Source: an uncultured Acidimicrobiia bacterium (GTDB lineage: Bacteria; Acidobacteriota; Terriglobia; Versatilivoradales; Versatilivoraceae). From it: a DNA stretch of 64,000 nucleotides. The translations under genes were made by a program, and so were the position numbers. Of this stretch, positions 10,022 through 19,146 are shown piece by piece. Each line of letters begins with the position of its first letter. The stretch's first letter is position 1. Under the pieces are notes generated by a model. The model did no database searches. It was not told the DNA's origin and saw nothing but the letters and a program-made list of their open reading frames with translations. The stretch is from the NCBI GenBank assembly GCA_963786955.1, contig CAWBAT010000006.1, positions 288,001 through 352,000 of the forward strand, in the 5' to 3' direction.

Positions 10022-11158
10022 TCACCTCCCATGGAAGAGCATCAACAACAGCTTACCTGAAGAATCTTCAGTAGAATAACTCCCTCCATTCAAGTTCCTT
10101 TTCCGCAACAGACGAACCAGCTGCCGCGTGCGGTTGCATATCGAACAGACCGAAAGCATAACCGGTACCTCGATCAGAACTCCAACAACGGTAGCCAGAG
10201 CTGCTCCCGAGCTTGGTCCAAAGAGAGCGATTGCCGTGGCCACGGCCAGCTCAAAGAAATTGCTGGCCCCAATCAAGGCACCAGGGGCCGCCACGGAGTA
10301 CGGGACCCGCAGCAGTCGCATGAGTCCGTAAGTCAACGATGAGTTGAAATAGACCTGGATTGTAATTGGAATTGCAATCAACAGGACGTGAAGGGTCTTG
10401 CCGGTGATGTTATCCGCTTGGAAGCCGAAGATCAGAACCAACGTTGCCAGCAGAGCCAGCATGCTCACGGGTGCAAACCGGGGCAGCAGTAGCTCTTCAA
10501 ACCACCTAGCCCCGCGCCTCCGAATGAACCAGAATCTCAAGCCAGTACCGAGCGCCAGGGGAATAACGATGAAAACAGCCACCGAGTAGAGCAATACCTG
10601 AAATGGCACTTCCAGTGAGGAGGCGCCACTCACCAGGAACCGGACGATGGGTGCAAAAAGAAAAAGCATGATCAAGTCATTGACGGACACCTGCACCAAA
10701 GTATAGGCAGGATCCCCATCCGTCAGATAGCTCCACACAAACACCATGGCAGTGCAAGGTGCGGCAGCCAGGATGATCGTCCCCGCGATGTATTGATCCG
10801 CGTCAGCGGAGCCGATCCAGGAGGCAAAGACGTAACGGAAAAACAGCCAGGCGAAGAGAGCCATCGAAAAGGGCTTCACCAGCCAGTTCACAAACAGGGT
10901 GACGATTAAGCCACGAGGCCGTTTGCCCACGTTGCGGATCGAGGCAAAGTCCACCTTCATCATCATCGGGGTGATCATCAGCCAAATCAGGACGGCAATG
11001 GGTACGTTGATCTGGCTGCCCTCACCAAATTCCAGGCGTCTCATACCATCAATGAAGCCAGGAAGCAATTTGCCAAGGAGGACTCCCGCTAACATGCAGG
11101 CCCCAACCCAGAAGCTCAAATAGCGTTCAAACGTGTTCAGTCGTTTCGTTGTTTCCAT
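10022..11158 (-). CDS. acr3: ACR3 family arsenite efflux transporter (true stop probably near 10090; late frameshift)
   Basis: NWLVKPFSM, APCTAMVFVWS, GASNFFELAVA, VGVLIEVPVML. Confidence 0.95.
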   Translation of the reverse strand: METTKRLNTFERYLSFWVGACMLAGVLLGKLLPGFIDGMRRLEFGEGSQINVPIAVLIWLMITPMMMKVDFASIRNVGKRPRGLIVTLFVNWLVKPFSMALFAWLFFRYVFASWIGSADADQYIAGTIILAAAPCTAMVFVWSYLTDGDPAYTLVQVSVNDLIMLFLFAPIVRFLVSGASSLEVPFQVLLYSVAVFIVIPLALGTGLRFWFIRRRGARWFEELLLPRFAPVSMLALLATLVLIFGFQADNITGKTLHVLLIAIPITIQVYFNSSLTYGLMRLLRVPYSVAAPGALIGASNFFELAVATAIALFGPSSGAALATVVGVLIEVPVMLSVCSICNRTRQLVRLLRKRNLNGGSYSTEDSSGKLLLMLFHGR

Positions 11159-11231
11159 AGGTTCTTAGATTTGTATCGCTTCTCAATCTCTGGAAATAAT
11201 TGATCAAGACTCGTTACATGGCCGAACATTC

Positions 11232-11723
11232 TCATTTCTGACCGATTTGATCGATTTCCTTCTTGATGGCCAGCTTGCCTAGGGTAGCGAGCGGCAGGCA
11301 CAAAAAAAGATTGATTCGCCGATCCAGAATCGTGAAGGCGTCGAGAAAGGCGCGGTCGATCTGCTCCTGCGAGCCTTCGACCGCAGCGGGATCGGGGATA
11401 CCCCAGTGCGCCGTCATAGGCTGGCCGGGCCATATCGGACATACTTCCTTCGCAGCGTTGTCACAGACCGTGAATACGAAGTCTAAGTGTGGGGCTTCAG
11501 GCTTCGCGAATTCTTCCCAGCTTTTGCTGTGCAAACCGGTGGTCGGGAGCTTCGCGTTCTCAATCTGCCGAAGCGCTGCGGGATGGATTTCGCCCTTGGG
11601 ATGGCTGCCAGCGCTATAACCGGCAAAGTTCGGGGGGCCTTTCCGGTTGAGAATCGCCTCGGCCATAATAGAGCGTGCAGAGTTTCCGGTACACAGGAAC
11701 AGAACGTTATAGCGGCGTTGCAT
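11232..11723 (-). CDS. arsC: Arsenate reductase, LMW-PTP family
   Basis: LFLCTGNSARS, TVCDNAAKEVCPIWPG, HWGIPDP. Confidence 0.95.
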   Translation of the reverse strand: MQRRYNVLFLCTGNSARSIMAEAILNRKGPPNFAGYSAGSHPKGEIHPAALRQIENAKLPTTGLHSKSWEEFAKPEAPHLDFVFTVCDNAAKEVCPIWPGQPMTAHWGIPDPAAVEGSQEQIDRAFLDAFTILDRRINLFLCLPLATLGKLAIKKEIDQIGQK

Positions 11724-11742
11724 GTCAATCCCCTTTCACGGG

Positions 11743-11865
11743 AGGGAAGGTGTGAAAAGATTCCGCCGGGTCGGGGGACCCGGCCTACAACATAATGGTA
11801 AGCCCTTTGAAATAATTGTAGGCCGCGTGACCTCACGCGGCGTTTTCCAATCCTTTCACACCTCC
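11743..11865. repeat. REP doublet with AGGTGTGAAA terminal inverted repeats
   Basis: AGGGAAGGTGTGAAAAG ... CCTTTCACACCTCC enclosing two GTAG hairpins. Confidence 0.65.
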
Positions 11866-11920
11866 AGGGTGCTGGTGGTTTTCGTTTCGATTCCAAAGTC
11901 TTTCGAGCGACAGTACACTG

Positions 11921-11940
11921 CATCTGCGTAGGCGAATATA
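11921..11940 (-). promoter_or_regulatory. Putative ArsR operator upstream of arsC
   Basis: Reverse complement TATATTCGCCTACGCAGATG shares TATATTCGCCTA-GC with the palindrome in front of arsR. Confidence 0.55.
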
Positions 11941-11957
11941 TAAGAGCAAAAAAAAGC

Positions 11958-12315
11958 TTACGGCGGGCAGCACCCACCCTTTTTGCGGAGCTGTTTCACT
12001 CGCTTTTCATCGGCCGCAAGTTCGGGCACGTCCAGAAAGCAACTCTGAAGACACCGGATCAGATCCCGCTGAAACTTGGTTGGCGGCAGGGGCCAGCCGA
12101 TAGTAGTTCCAAAGACCGTTCTTCCGTGTTTGAACTAAACCGGCCTTACGAAGATAGGCGAGATGCCGCGATGCAGTCGGTTGCGGAACCTGAATCGCGG
12201 CTACAATGTCTCCCACACAAAGCTCGCCACCGAGTAAGAGACGCAGAATTCGTAAGCGCGTCCCATCTGAAAACGCCCGGAACATCAAGTTGGCTTCAGT
12301 CCCCACTCTCTTCAT
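11958..12315 (-). CDS. arsR: ArsR/SmtB metalloregulator (frameshift near 12080; corrected C-terminus ...CLQSCF...KKGGCCPP)
   Basis: FRAFSDGTRLRIL, ELCVGDI, SRHLAYLRKAGLV; alternative frame reads on to TAA at 11958. Confidence 0.9.
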
Positions 12316-12337
12316 TATATTCGCCTAAGCGATTATA
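12316..12337. promoter_or_regulatory. Imperfect palindrome, putative ArsR operator abutting the arsR start codon
   Basis: TATATTCGC-CTAA-GCGATTATA. Confidence 0.6.
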
Positions 12338-12543
12338 ATGAGATTGTGTTTCCCCAGTAAAGGGTGAATTTGAATGGACACGTTTTGGGTACGTAATACA
12401 GTCTTCAAATTATTCGGGACAGCTCTGCTCCCGACCTTATAGTCAGATTTGGAATGAAGGGGAACATCTCTCTAGTAGGGCCACTGGACTTGCACTTCTT
12501 CCGCTTCTTGCATTCTTCAGGAACTCGCGCTATTATTTTCAAG

Positions 12544-12997
12544 ATGCGCGTTCTGCGAAAACTGATTGCGACCACTGTCATGCTGGTGATGGGTCTTTCC
12601 AGCATGAGTGTGGCGATGGTCGCGCAACGACGGATGCCTCAAGCGTCTAAGCCGATGGCTCCGATGTGCCCGAAACACGCGACATATTGTTGCTGTCCCG
12701 AGCTTTGTAATCCTCCTAAAGTTTCTAAAGTTGCGCCGGGATGCCATCATTCAGATAAGAAGCCGAATAATCCTGGCTTGACACCCGCCTCACAAACCTT
12801 CTCATGCTTTCTGAAAGCGGGATGTGGGAAGAACAATGACACCAGTAGCACAATGCCCTTCTTAAAAGATTTCGTTCCAGAACCGCTCGAAGAATTTGGA
12901 GCAAGATTAACAATCGCTTCATTTGTTTCTGCACTAGAATCAACTCAGCCCCTGGAATTCCCTTCCGCGCTCTTTTCACCCTCCCAAAGCCTCCTGA
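12544..12997 (+). CDS. Secreted Cys/His-rich small protein ending FHPPKAS (DUF2946/CruR/CutF-like leader); needs a 1-nt correction in the T run near 12975
   Basis: Signal-like N-terminus; MCPKH..YCCCPELC, GCHH, SCFLKAGC; shifted frame gives LFHPPKAS* with TGA at 12995-12997. Confidence 0.6.
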
Positions 12998-13185
12998 TCG
13001 ACGACTTCTTACTCAAAACACTTAACCAACGGTTCCTCACCCGTTACTGCCTAGCGGACAGGTCTCGTTGAGAGACTGATCGGATTCTCCACAAAGAGAC
13101 GATTTTCTGAGGGCAAAGACTCACTGGCATGCCCAACAGTGTTTCTCTTGGGTCGAGCTAACCGTGTCCTAAGTGTATTTCAACC

Positions 13186-15516
13186 ATGCGAGAACACTTT
13201 CAAGTACGGAAAGGAATCTTTAATGAGAGGGAAACCAAAATCGACGCACAATCAAGAAGGCGTGCGATTATTGCCGGGCTCTCCACCCGTGGTCTTATTT
13301 TATGTCTCTTAGAGATCACTCCTGCAGTTTTGGCCCAGCAGAGAATTAATGGCAAGGTTGTCAACAAAAGTACGGCATCCCCCGTGGTGAACGTTACCGT
13401 GACTATTGAAAGTAGTTTACTCCCCACGACTAGAACGGCAACGACCGACAACAACGGATATTTCTCCTTCTCTTCTTTGAATCCGGGCCGCTACACCCTG
13501 AAAACTTCGCCAGACGGGTACTATGGAGAACAAATCACCTTGCTGCTAGCACCGCGTGCAACCCAGCAGGTTGAGTTTGAACTCAATCCCAAGGAATCCG
13601 TGCAGGAAGAAGTCACCGTCACCGCCAAGCCCAAATTACTGGATGAATCCCAAGCGGCTACCATGATTACCTTGGACCCTGACCAGTTCCTCGCATTGCC
13701 TACTGCCCGCCGAACACAGTTGACAGATATCATTACACCTTACGTTGCCAGTGCCGTGGGTAGTCACGACAATCTCGTCCATTTGCGCGGGAACGAGTTA
13801 TCACTCAATACCTTTATTAATGGGGTCTCTTTTTTCGATAATCCACACCAGTTGTTCACCCCTGGACTTTCCCCGGAAATCATCCAGTCCATGAACATTA
13901 TTACGGGGGGATTTCCCGCTGAGTTTGGCAATCGCTTTGGAGGAATACTGGACATTGTGACGCGTTCCGGCTTCGACGCCAATAACCACGGCAGCGTGTC
14001 GATAGGCGCGGGAGACTACCTGCGAAATAACCTCAGCTTCGACTATGGAGGCCATACCGAACGCTTTGGATACATCTTCTATGCCCAAGGATTTGAGAAC
14101 GACCGGTTCCTCAATACGCCGCAACCACTGCTCCTTCACGACTTCGGCACAGGCCTGCGGAGCTTTGTTCAACTCGACTACCGCTCCGGAAATAACGACT
14201 TCTTCAAGCTCGCATTGACCGGCGACGGAACGAACTTCGAATTGCCAAATACCAATGAAGATGAAGAACGTGGCCGGGACTATTTTCAGCGCAACCGTGA
14301 ACAAACAGCCATCCTATCTTGGGACCATACCTTTTCCGCCACTTCCGCTTTGGCGACTTCTGTCTATGAACGGCAGGTTAGCTCACGGCTAGTGCCGACC
14401 ACCGATCCCTATTCGATCGAAGCAGGCGGATTGCGCATTGACACCACTTTAGGCGTCAAGACTGACTATTCCCTTTATCTGGGTTCTCGCCACAACATTA
14501 AGGCGGGGATCGATTTAATGCACCTCAACTTGCGGGAGGATTTTTCTTTAGACCCGCGCGAGAATGATCTGGAAATTGAACCTATTGCCTTTCGCGGGCG
14601 GAATAGTGGCGGGGAAGCCAGCGTCTACTTTCAGGATCAAATCAAGTTGTTTAAGAATTTTACAGCGAACCTCGGCATTCGTTATGATCAATACAGTCTC
14701 GTCACGAGTGCGCACGCGCTCAGCCCTCGCGTGAACCTTGCTTATGCAATCCCAAGCAGTCACAGCGTCGTGCATTTCGCTTACAATCGATTTTTTGCTC
14801 CGCCTCCCATCGAAAATCTACTCCTCTCATCCGCTCTTGGGTTTGAGGGACGTCCGCCAGGGATCTCCTCCAGTAATCATTTCGAAACCGGCGTGACTCA
14901 TTCCATCAAAGATAAGCTTCTTTTGCGAATGACGGCGTACTGGCGAGGGGACATTAATGCCTTTGAGACTACAGAGCTCGCCAACGTGCGGATTTTCGTG
15001 CCAACCACCTATGCAAAAGGAAAAGCTTATGGCTTGGAGCTTTCAGCCCAATTACCCGAGATTAAACCGATCGGATTATCCGGCTACTTTGGCTTTACGG
15101 CCCAGCGAGCTTTCCTGACAGGTCCGGTTTCTGGTGGTTTCACGGTTGAAGAGATTGCACCGGGAGACATATCACCGGCGGCCTTTGATCAGATCTATAC
15201 GGGGGTCACAGGACTCACTTGGAGAGAACACCGCACTGGAATCTGGGTGAGTGGGGCTTTAGAGTATGGGAGTGGTACGCCGGCAGCGCTACTTACTCCT
15301 GAAGGAGAGAAGTCCGTGCGACTGGATCAACACCTGGTTGCCAATCTTTCTGTTGGCGTTGATTTACTCCAAAAAGAATCGCGTCGAGTGAGCCTTCAAT
15401 TCAATGCAGAGAACTGCACTAACCGGGTGTTTGCCATCGCTAAAGAAAGCGAGTTTACCCCCATCCAATTTTCGAACCCACGCTTCCTATCCGGGTCTGT
15501 GAAATTCTATTTTTGA
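13186..15516 (+). CDS. TonB-dependent receptor with N-terminal carboxypeptidase-regulatory-like domain
   Basis: Plug motif ITGGFPAEFGNRFGGILDI, NLGIRYD, SPRVNLAY, C-terminal aromatic KFYF. Confidence 0.92.
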   Translation: MREHFQVRKGIFNERETKIDAQSRRRAIIAGLSTRGLILCLLEITPAVLAQQRINGKVVNKSTASPVVNVTVTIESSLLPTTRTATTDNNGYFSFSSLNPGRYTLKTSPDGYYGEQITLLLAPRATQQVEFELNPKESVQEEVTVTAKPKLLDESQAATMITLDPDQFLALPTARRTQLTDIITPYVASAVGSHDNLVHLRGNELSLNTFINGVSFFDNPHQLFTPGLSPEIIQSMNIITGGFPAEFGNRFGGILDIVTRSGFDANNHGSVSIGAGDYLRNNLSFDYGGHTERFGYIFYAQGFENDRFLNTPQPLLLHDFGTGLRSFVQLDYRSGNNDFFKLALTGDGTNFELPNTNEDEERGRDYFQRNREQTAILSWDHTFSATSALATSVYERQVSSRLVPTTDPYSIEAGGLRIDTTLGVKTDYSLYLGSRHNIKAGIDLMHLNLREDFSLDPRENDLEIEPIAFRGRNSGGEASVYFQDQIKLFKNFTANLGIRYDQYSLVTSAHALSPRVNLAYAIPSSHSVVHFAYNRFFAPPPIENLLLSSALGFEGRPPGISSSNHFETGVTHSIKDKLLLRMTAYWRGDINAFETTELANVRIFVPTTYAKGKAYGLELSAQLPEIKPIGLSGYFGFTAQRAFLTGPVSGGFTVEEIAPGDISPAAFDQIYTGVTGLTWREHRTGIWVSGALEYGSGTPAALLTPEGEKSVRLDQHLVANLSVGVDLLQKESRRVSLQFNAENCTNRVFAIAKESEFTPIQFSNPRFLSGSVKFYF

Positions 15517-15547
15517 GGCCTGTACTTCGCCAGAAACGACAAGCCCA

Positions 15548-15671
15548 GTAGCAACAGGCCTCCTGGCCTGTTGTCTGGGACAAGCATTCCCAGCTTTTGA
15601 GGGTAAAACTCTGCGAGAACAAATCACAAGAGATGCCCACTCCCACGACAGGCGTGGACGCCTGTCGCTAC
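15548..15671. repeat. GTAG REP pair (types A and B)
   Basis: Units match those at 5960-6020 and 25567-25657. Confidence 0.85.
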
Positions 15672-15692
15672 ATAATACAGGGCAACCTTTTC

Positions 15693-15779
15693 AGCTCTGT
15701 AGGAGCGACCTCTTTGTAGCTCCCACCCACAAACAACGGATTTAGCTCCAGCGGAGCGACCCGTGGGCTGGTTATACAG
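15693..15779 (+). repeat. 87-bp imperfect direct repeat, copy 1 (AGCTCyGTAGGAGC family)
   Basis: Colinear with 16279-16365. Confidence 0.8.
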
Positions 15780-15973
15780 AACTGCTTTTCATTGAGCATT
15801 CGCCAATCTATTCCCCCTTAACAAAGGGGGCGCGGGAGAGGTCCCAATCGGTTTCAATGCGCGTTTATTTGCGTTCATTCGCGGCCTATTTTTCTTTGCG
15901 TCTTTGCGTCTTTTTGCGGCTATCTAGTCTTCGCCTCGTGGTCCATACTCTATGTTTTCCGCCTTGAATTTAA

Positions 15974-16204
15974 TACCAAGTTGCAATCAATTGGATACAT
16001 AAAGTCGAGCTTGTCTCTCCGGCGGAGGGGAATCGAAACAAGTCCCCTCTGTGGGAGGGGAAGAGGGCTTTAGCCCTCAGGGGTGGGTATGATTATTAGT
16101 GCGAGCTCGAGCATCCTGCCCGCTTTTTGTCACTAACAAACCCACCCCTACACCCCTCCAGCGGAGGGGAATTCAGATTGTCACCGTTTGAATGCAACTT
16201 GGTA
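15974..16204. mobile_element. MITE-like element, TIR TACCAAGTTGCAwTCAA, TAA flanking duplication
   Basis: TAA|TACCAAGTTGCAATCAA ... TTGAATGCAACTTGGTA|TAA; internal CCCCTC..GAGGGG hairpins. Confidence 0.7.
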
Positions 16205-16278
16205 TAAGGGGGACATGAGGGGGGTCCGTGACGAATTGAAAAAATTCTTATTGCGTCTGATTCAGACCGAAGTTCCAG

Positions 16279-16365
16279 AGCTCCGTAGGAGCAACCTGTT
16301 TGTAGCTCCCACCCAAAGACAAAGCATTTAGCTCCAGCGGAGCGACCCGTGGGGCGGTTACACAG
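16279..16365 (+). repeat. 87-bp imperfect direct repeat, copy 2
   Basis: Colinear with 15693-15779. Confidence 0.8.
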
Positions 16366-16574
16366 CGCTACATAGATAGGACAATGCGATTCCGCCGAAA
16401 CCGTCGCTCGTACCCAGAAAGATGTGCCGACGCAGAACACTCTGAACTTGATAAGGATTTTTGGGCTTTGTTCTTGATTCTGCATGGTTATGTTCTCTAT
16501 TAAGGTATAATGTGTTGATTTTGGCATCGCGCAATACCCTGTTTCATTCCCCCGCCACACCCATACATAAGGAG

Positions 16575-16953
16575 ATGCCCTTTGCTTCAGATCAAACCGC
16601 TTGACCCAAGCGTTCCAATCTTTCAGCAACTCAACACCGATGTCTCACCTGTGGTCTTGGTGAATGTGTTCCAAGTCGCGGAAGCAGACATTCCAGCCCT
16701 TCTTAAGGCTTGGGAAGCGGACGCAAATTGGATGAAGCAGCAGCCCGGCTATATCTCAACGCAGTTGCATCAAGGCATCGCGGGCAGCACCGTGTTCATG
16801 AACTACGCGGTGTGGGAGTCCGTCGCCCATTTTCGGGCGGCGTTCAGCCATCCAGAATTCAAGAAGGCCTTAGAGCACTACCCGCCTTCAGTCGTGGCAT
16901 CGCCCCATCTTTTCACGCGACTCACGGTTCCGAATCTGTGTGTTGGTCCATAG
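16575..16953 (+). CDS. Antibiotic biosynthesis monooxygenase (ABM) family protein
   Basis: VVLVNVF, MKQQPGYISTQLH, FMNYAVWES; RBS AAGGAG before ATG 16575 (probable 1-nt indel just after the start). Confidence 0.85.
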
Positions 16954-17000
16954 GCCGTTTGAACAGGAGAGAGGAATACCAACCTTTAGAGGTGAAGATT

Positions 17001-17210
17001 ATGAAAACGTACACGGCTGTGGTCGAGCGTTGTCCTGACACAGGAATGTACGTGGGGTATGTGCCGGGTTTTCCCGGAGCCCACACCCAGGCGGAGAGCT
17101 TGGACGAATTGAATACCAACCTTCGAGAAGTGATTGGGCTGTTGCTCGAAGACAGAGAGCCTGGTTTGGAAGCGGAATTTGTAGGCACCGAGACCGTCAT
17201 CGTGGGTTGA
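17001..17210 (+). CDS. hicB: Type II TA antitoxin, HicB family
   Basis: MKTYTAVVERCPDTGMYVGYVPGFPGAHTQAESLDELNTNLREVIGLLLE. Confidence 0.9.
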   Translation: MKTYTAVVERCPDTGMYVGYVPGFPGAHTQAESLDELNTNLREVIGLLLEDREPGLEAEFVGTETVIVG

Positions 17211-17212
17211 CG

Positions 17213-17269
17213 ATGGGAAAAAATCTCATCCTTATCGAAGAATTCCTGAAACACGGTAGGTCGGCCTAA
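17213..17269 (+). pseudogene. hicA: hicA toxin remnant with large internal deletion
   Basis: 18-aa ORF MGKNLILIEEFLKHGRSA 2 bp after hicB; ends resemble HicA termini (MGK..., IEEFLK). Confidence 0.55.
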
Positions 17270-17323
17270 CCCATTCACAGCCGTTAGCCGTGTTCTAATT
17301 CAGAGCGTTTCGAGGAAGTGCAC

Positions 17324-17707
17324 ATGTCATCAAAGAAGACACCAGCAGATAGCGACGGGCAGGACGGGATTGTTGCCGAGGCGCGGCGCTACCAGGCTCA
17401 GCGGGAGCAGACCTATCGGGAGCAAGCGCTCAAGCTCTATCCCGGCATCTGTGCACGCTGCGGCCGCGAATTCAGCGGCAAAAGACTGCGCGAGCTCACA
17501 GTCCATCACAAGGACCACAACCACGACAACAATCCACCCGACGGGAGCAACTGGGAGTTGCTGTGTCTCTACTGTCACGACAATGAGCACGAGCGGTATA
17601 AGGTTGCTGATGCGTATGGTGCGGCGACACCGGGCGGGGAGCGAGAGCCCCCTTCTACCTACAGGCCGTTCGCCGATCTCGATGCCTTATTGAAGCGCAA
17701 GAAGTAG
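17324..17707 (+). CDS. yajD: YajD family HNH nuclease
   Basis: YREQALKLYP.ICARCGREF...LTVHHKDHNHDNNPPDGSNWELLCLYCHDNEH. Confidence 0.9.
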   Translation: MSSKKTPADSDGQDGIVAEARRYQAQREQTYREQALKLYPGICARCGREFSGKRLRELTVHHKDHNHDNNPPDGSNWELLCLYCHDNEHERYKVADAYGAATPGGEREPPSTYRPFADLDALLKRKK

Positions 17708-17890
17708 CCGTCCCAGTGCACTATCGACAAAAACGCATGATCGAGAGCTGGGTGGGAAAGAAAAGGAGCCAGAAACCGTTTGCCCAGGCAGCCTGCACGG
17801 GGGGGCTCCCTAGAAACTTCTTCCAGGAACGGACAGTTAGGCAACCTAAAAATATTTGGCAGTACCTTTCTATTGCACGGCCATGAAACG

Positions 17891-17945
17891 GCATAACTAG
17901 CCAGAGGCGAAGGCCTCCAGCCGGGCCTGATGCACGACGTTGGGC
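17891..17945 (+). mobile_element. Degenerate integron attC site
   Basis: GCATAAC ... GTTGGGC, 55 bp, internal hairpin but poor L boxes. Confidence 0.4.
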
Positions 17946-17954
17946 AAACTTTCT

Positions 17955-18503
17955 ATGGAAAATAATCGAATCCAAATGATACTTGTCTCCGCTGCGGCTC
18001 TGTCGTTTTGCTGCCTCAGCTATTCGGAACCTCAACTCAACAACAAGAAAGAAACCACGATGGAACCTAGGATTAGTGTCATTACATTAGGCGTATCCGA
18101 TCTGGAAAGGTCTTTTGCCTTTTATAAGAAAGGCCTTGGATTCCCAACCAAAATGACGCCTGACGGAGGGATTGTAGTTTTTGCTACTTCAGGAACACGG
18201 TTGACTTTGTATTCTTATAAGAAATTGGCAGAAGACGCTGAGCTGACGGCGCCGACAATTGAGAAGGAAAAGAATAAGTTTCCTGGATTTACGTTAGGCC
18301 ATTGTGCTCGAAAAAAAGAAGATGTTGATGCGATATTGTTGCAAGCGGAGAAGGCGGGAGGCAAGATTGTGAAATCCGCTAGAGATGTCTTCTGGGGAGG
18401 ATACAGCGGGTATTTTTCTGATCCAGATGGATACTTGTGGGAGGTTGCCTATTCAGACCAATGGAAATTTAACCCGGATGGTAGCATAGTCATGGAAGAA
18501 TAG
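17955..18503 (+). CDS. VOC/glyoxalase family protein, apparently an integron gene cassette (alternative start 18060)
   Basis: ISVITLGVSDLERSFAFYKKGLG, DVFWGGYSGYFSDPDGYLWEVAY. Confidence 0.9.
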   Translation: MENNRIQMILVSAAALSFCCLSYSEPQLNNKKETTMEPRISVITLGVSDLERSFAFYKKGLGFPTKMTPDGGIVVFATSGTRLTLYSYKKLAEDAELTAPTIEKEKNKFPGFTLGHCARKKEDVDAILLQAEKAGGKIVKSARDVFWGGYSGYFSDPDGYLWEVAYSDQWKFNPDGSIVMEE

Positions 18504-18511
18504 CAGTGAAA

Positions 18512-18572
18512 GCCCAACCAATCGCTGGAGGAACGGCGGACAAGCCGCCGTCCCTCAGCTCTAACGTTTGGC
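18512..18572 (+). mobile_element. Integron attC site (59-base element)
   Basis: R'' GCCCAAC, L'' GCTG[G]AGG, stem ACGGCGG-ACAAG-CCGCCGT, L' CCTCAGC, R' GTTTGGC; R'' is the exact complement of GTTGGGC at 17939. Confidence 0.78.
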
Positions 18573-18603
18573 GCCTGCACCACCCACCGATCCGCTGCAT
18601 GAC

Positions 18604-18669
18604 GCGATAAGGGATTCCATGGCAATGACGAACGGCAAGAACACTCTCGGCCGCGTGTACGAGTACTTC
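18604..18669 (+). pseudogene. hsdM: Short type I R-M methyltransferase (hsdM)-like remnant
   Basis: KNTLGRVYEYF resembles the conserved KDxLGRVYEYF segment preceding the GxFYTP motif of HsdM. Confidence 0.5.
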
Positions 18670-18717
18670 GTCGCGGCCAGTGGCGGTCCCGGCGCACGGA
18701 CCACAACGCGCGGATCC

Positions 18718-18969
18718 AGCAGCACACCGGCAGCGCTTTTCACTCTTGAAGGAGAGAAGATGATCCTGCTGGAACAACACCTAGTTGCCAAACTTTCTGT
18801 TGGCGTCGATCTTTTCCAGAAGGAATCCCATCAGGTGAATCAGCAATTTTATGCAGAAAACATCACTAACCGTGAGTTTGCCATCGCTAAAGAGAGCGAG
18901 TTTACCCCCGTCCAGTTTTCGTCCCTATGCTTCCTATCCGGGTTCGGGAAATTTTATTTTTGAGGCCTG
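18718..18969 (+). pseudogene. Diverged duplicate of the last 82 codons of the TonB-dependent receptor
   Basis: Ungapped match to 15271-15522, about 80% nt identity by manual count, including TGAGGCCTG at the stop. Confidence 0.9.
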
Positions 18970-19000
18970 CCTCGCTAGTGGTGACAGGTTAGACAGAGAG

Positions 19001-19031
19001 AGGGGGAGCAGATGAGGCTCTTCCTCCCCCT
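19001..19031. terminator. Hairpin between convergent genes
   Basis: AGGGGGAG ... CTCCCCCT. Confidence 0.35.
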
Positions 19032-19146
19032 ATCAATCTCTTAGTGCATGCATTCGCCGCATTTAGGGTAACCGCTTTCTTTCAGGCCTCTCCACATCTC
19101 TCTTTTGGATGACCGCATTATCACCATAACATTTCGAAAAGATTCG

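Noticed and set aside
16096-16629. 177-aa minus-strand ORF
   Set aside because: Runs through repeat elements and overlaps the ABM gene; no protein-like signal
15271-18969. Receptor C-terminal repeat as a DGR template/variable pair
   Set aside because: Mismatches are not adenine-specific, many are synonymous, and no reverse transcriptase is present
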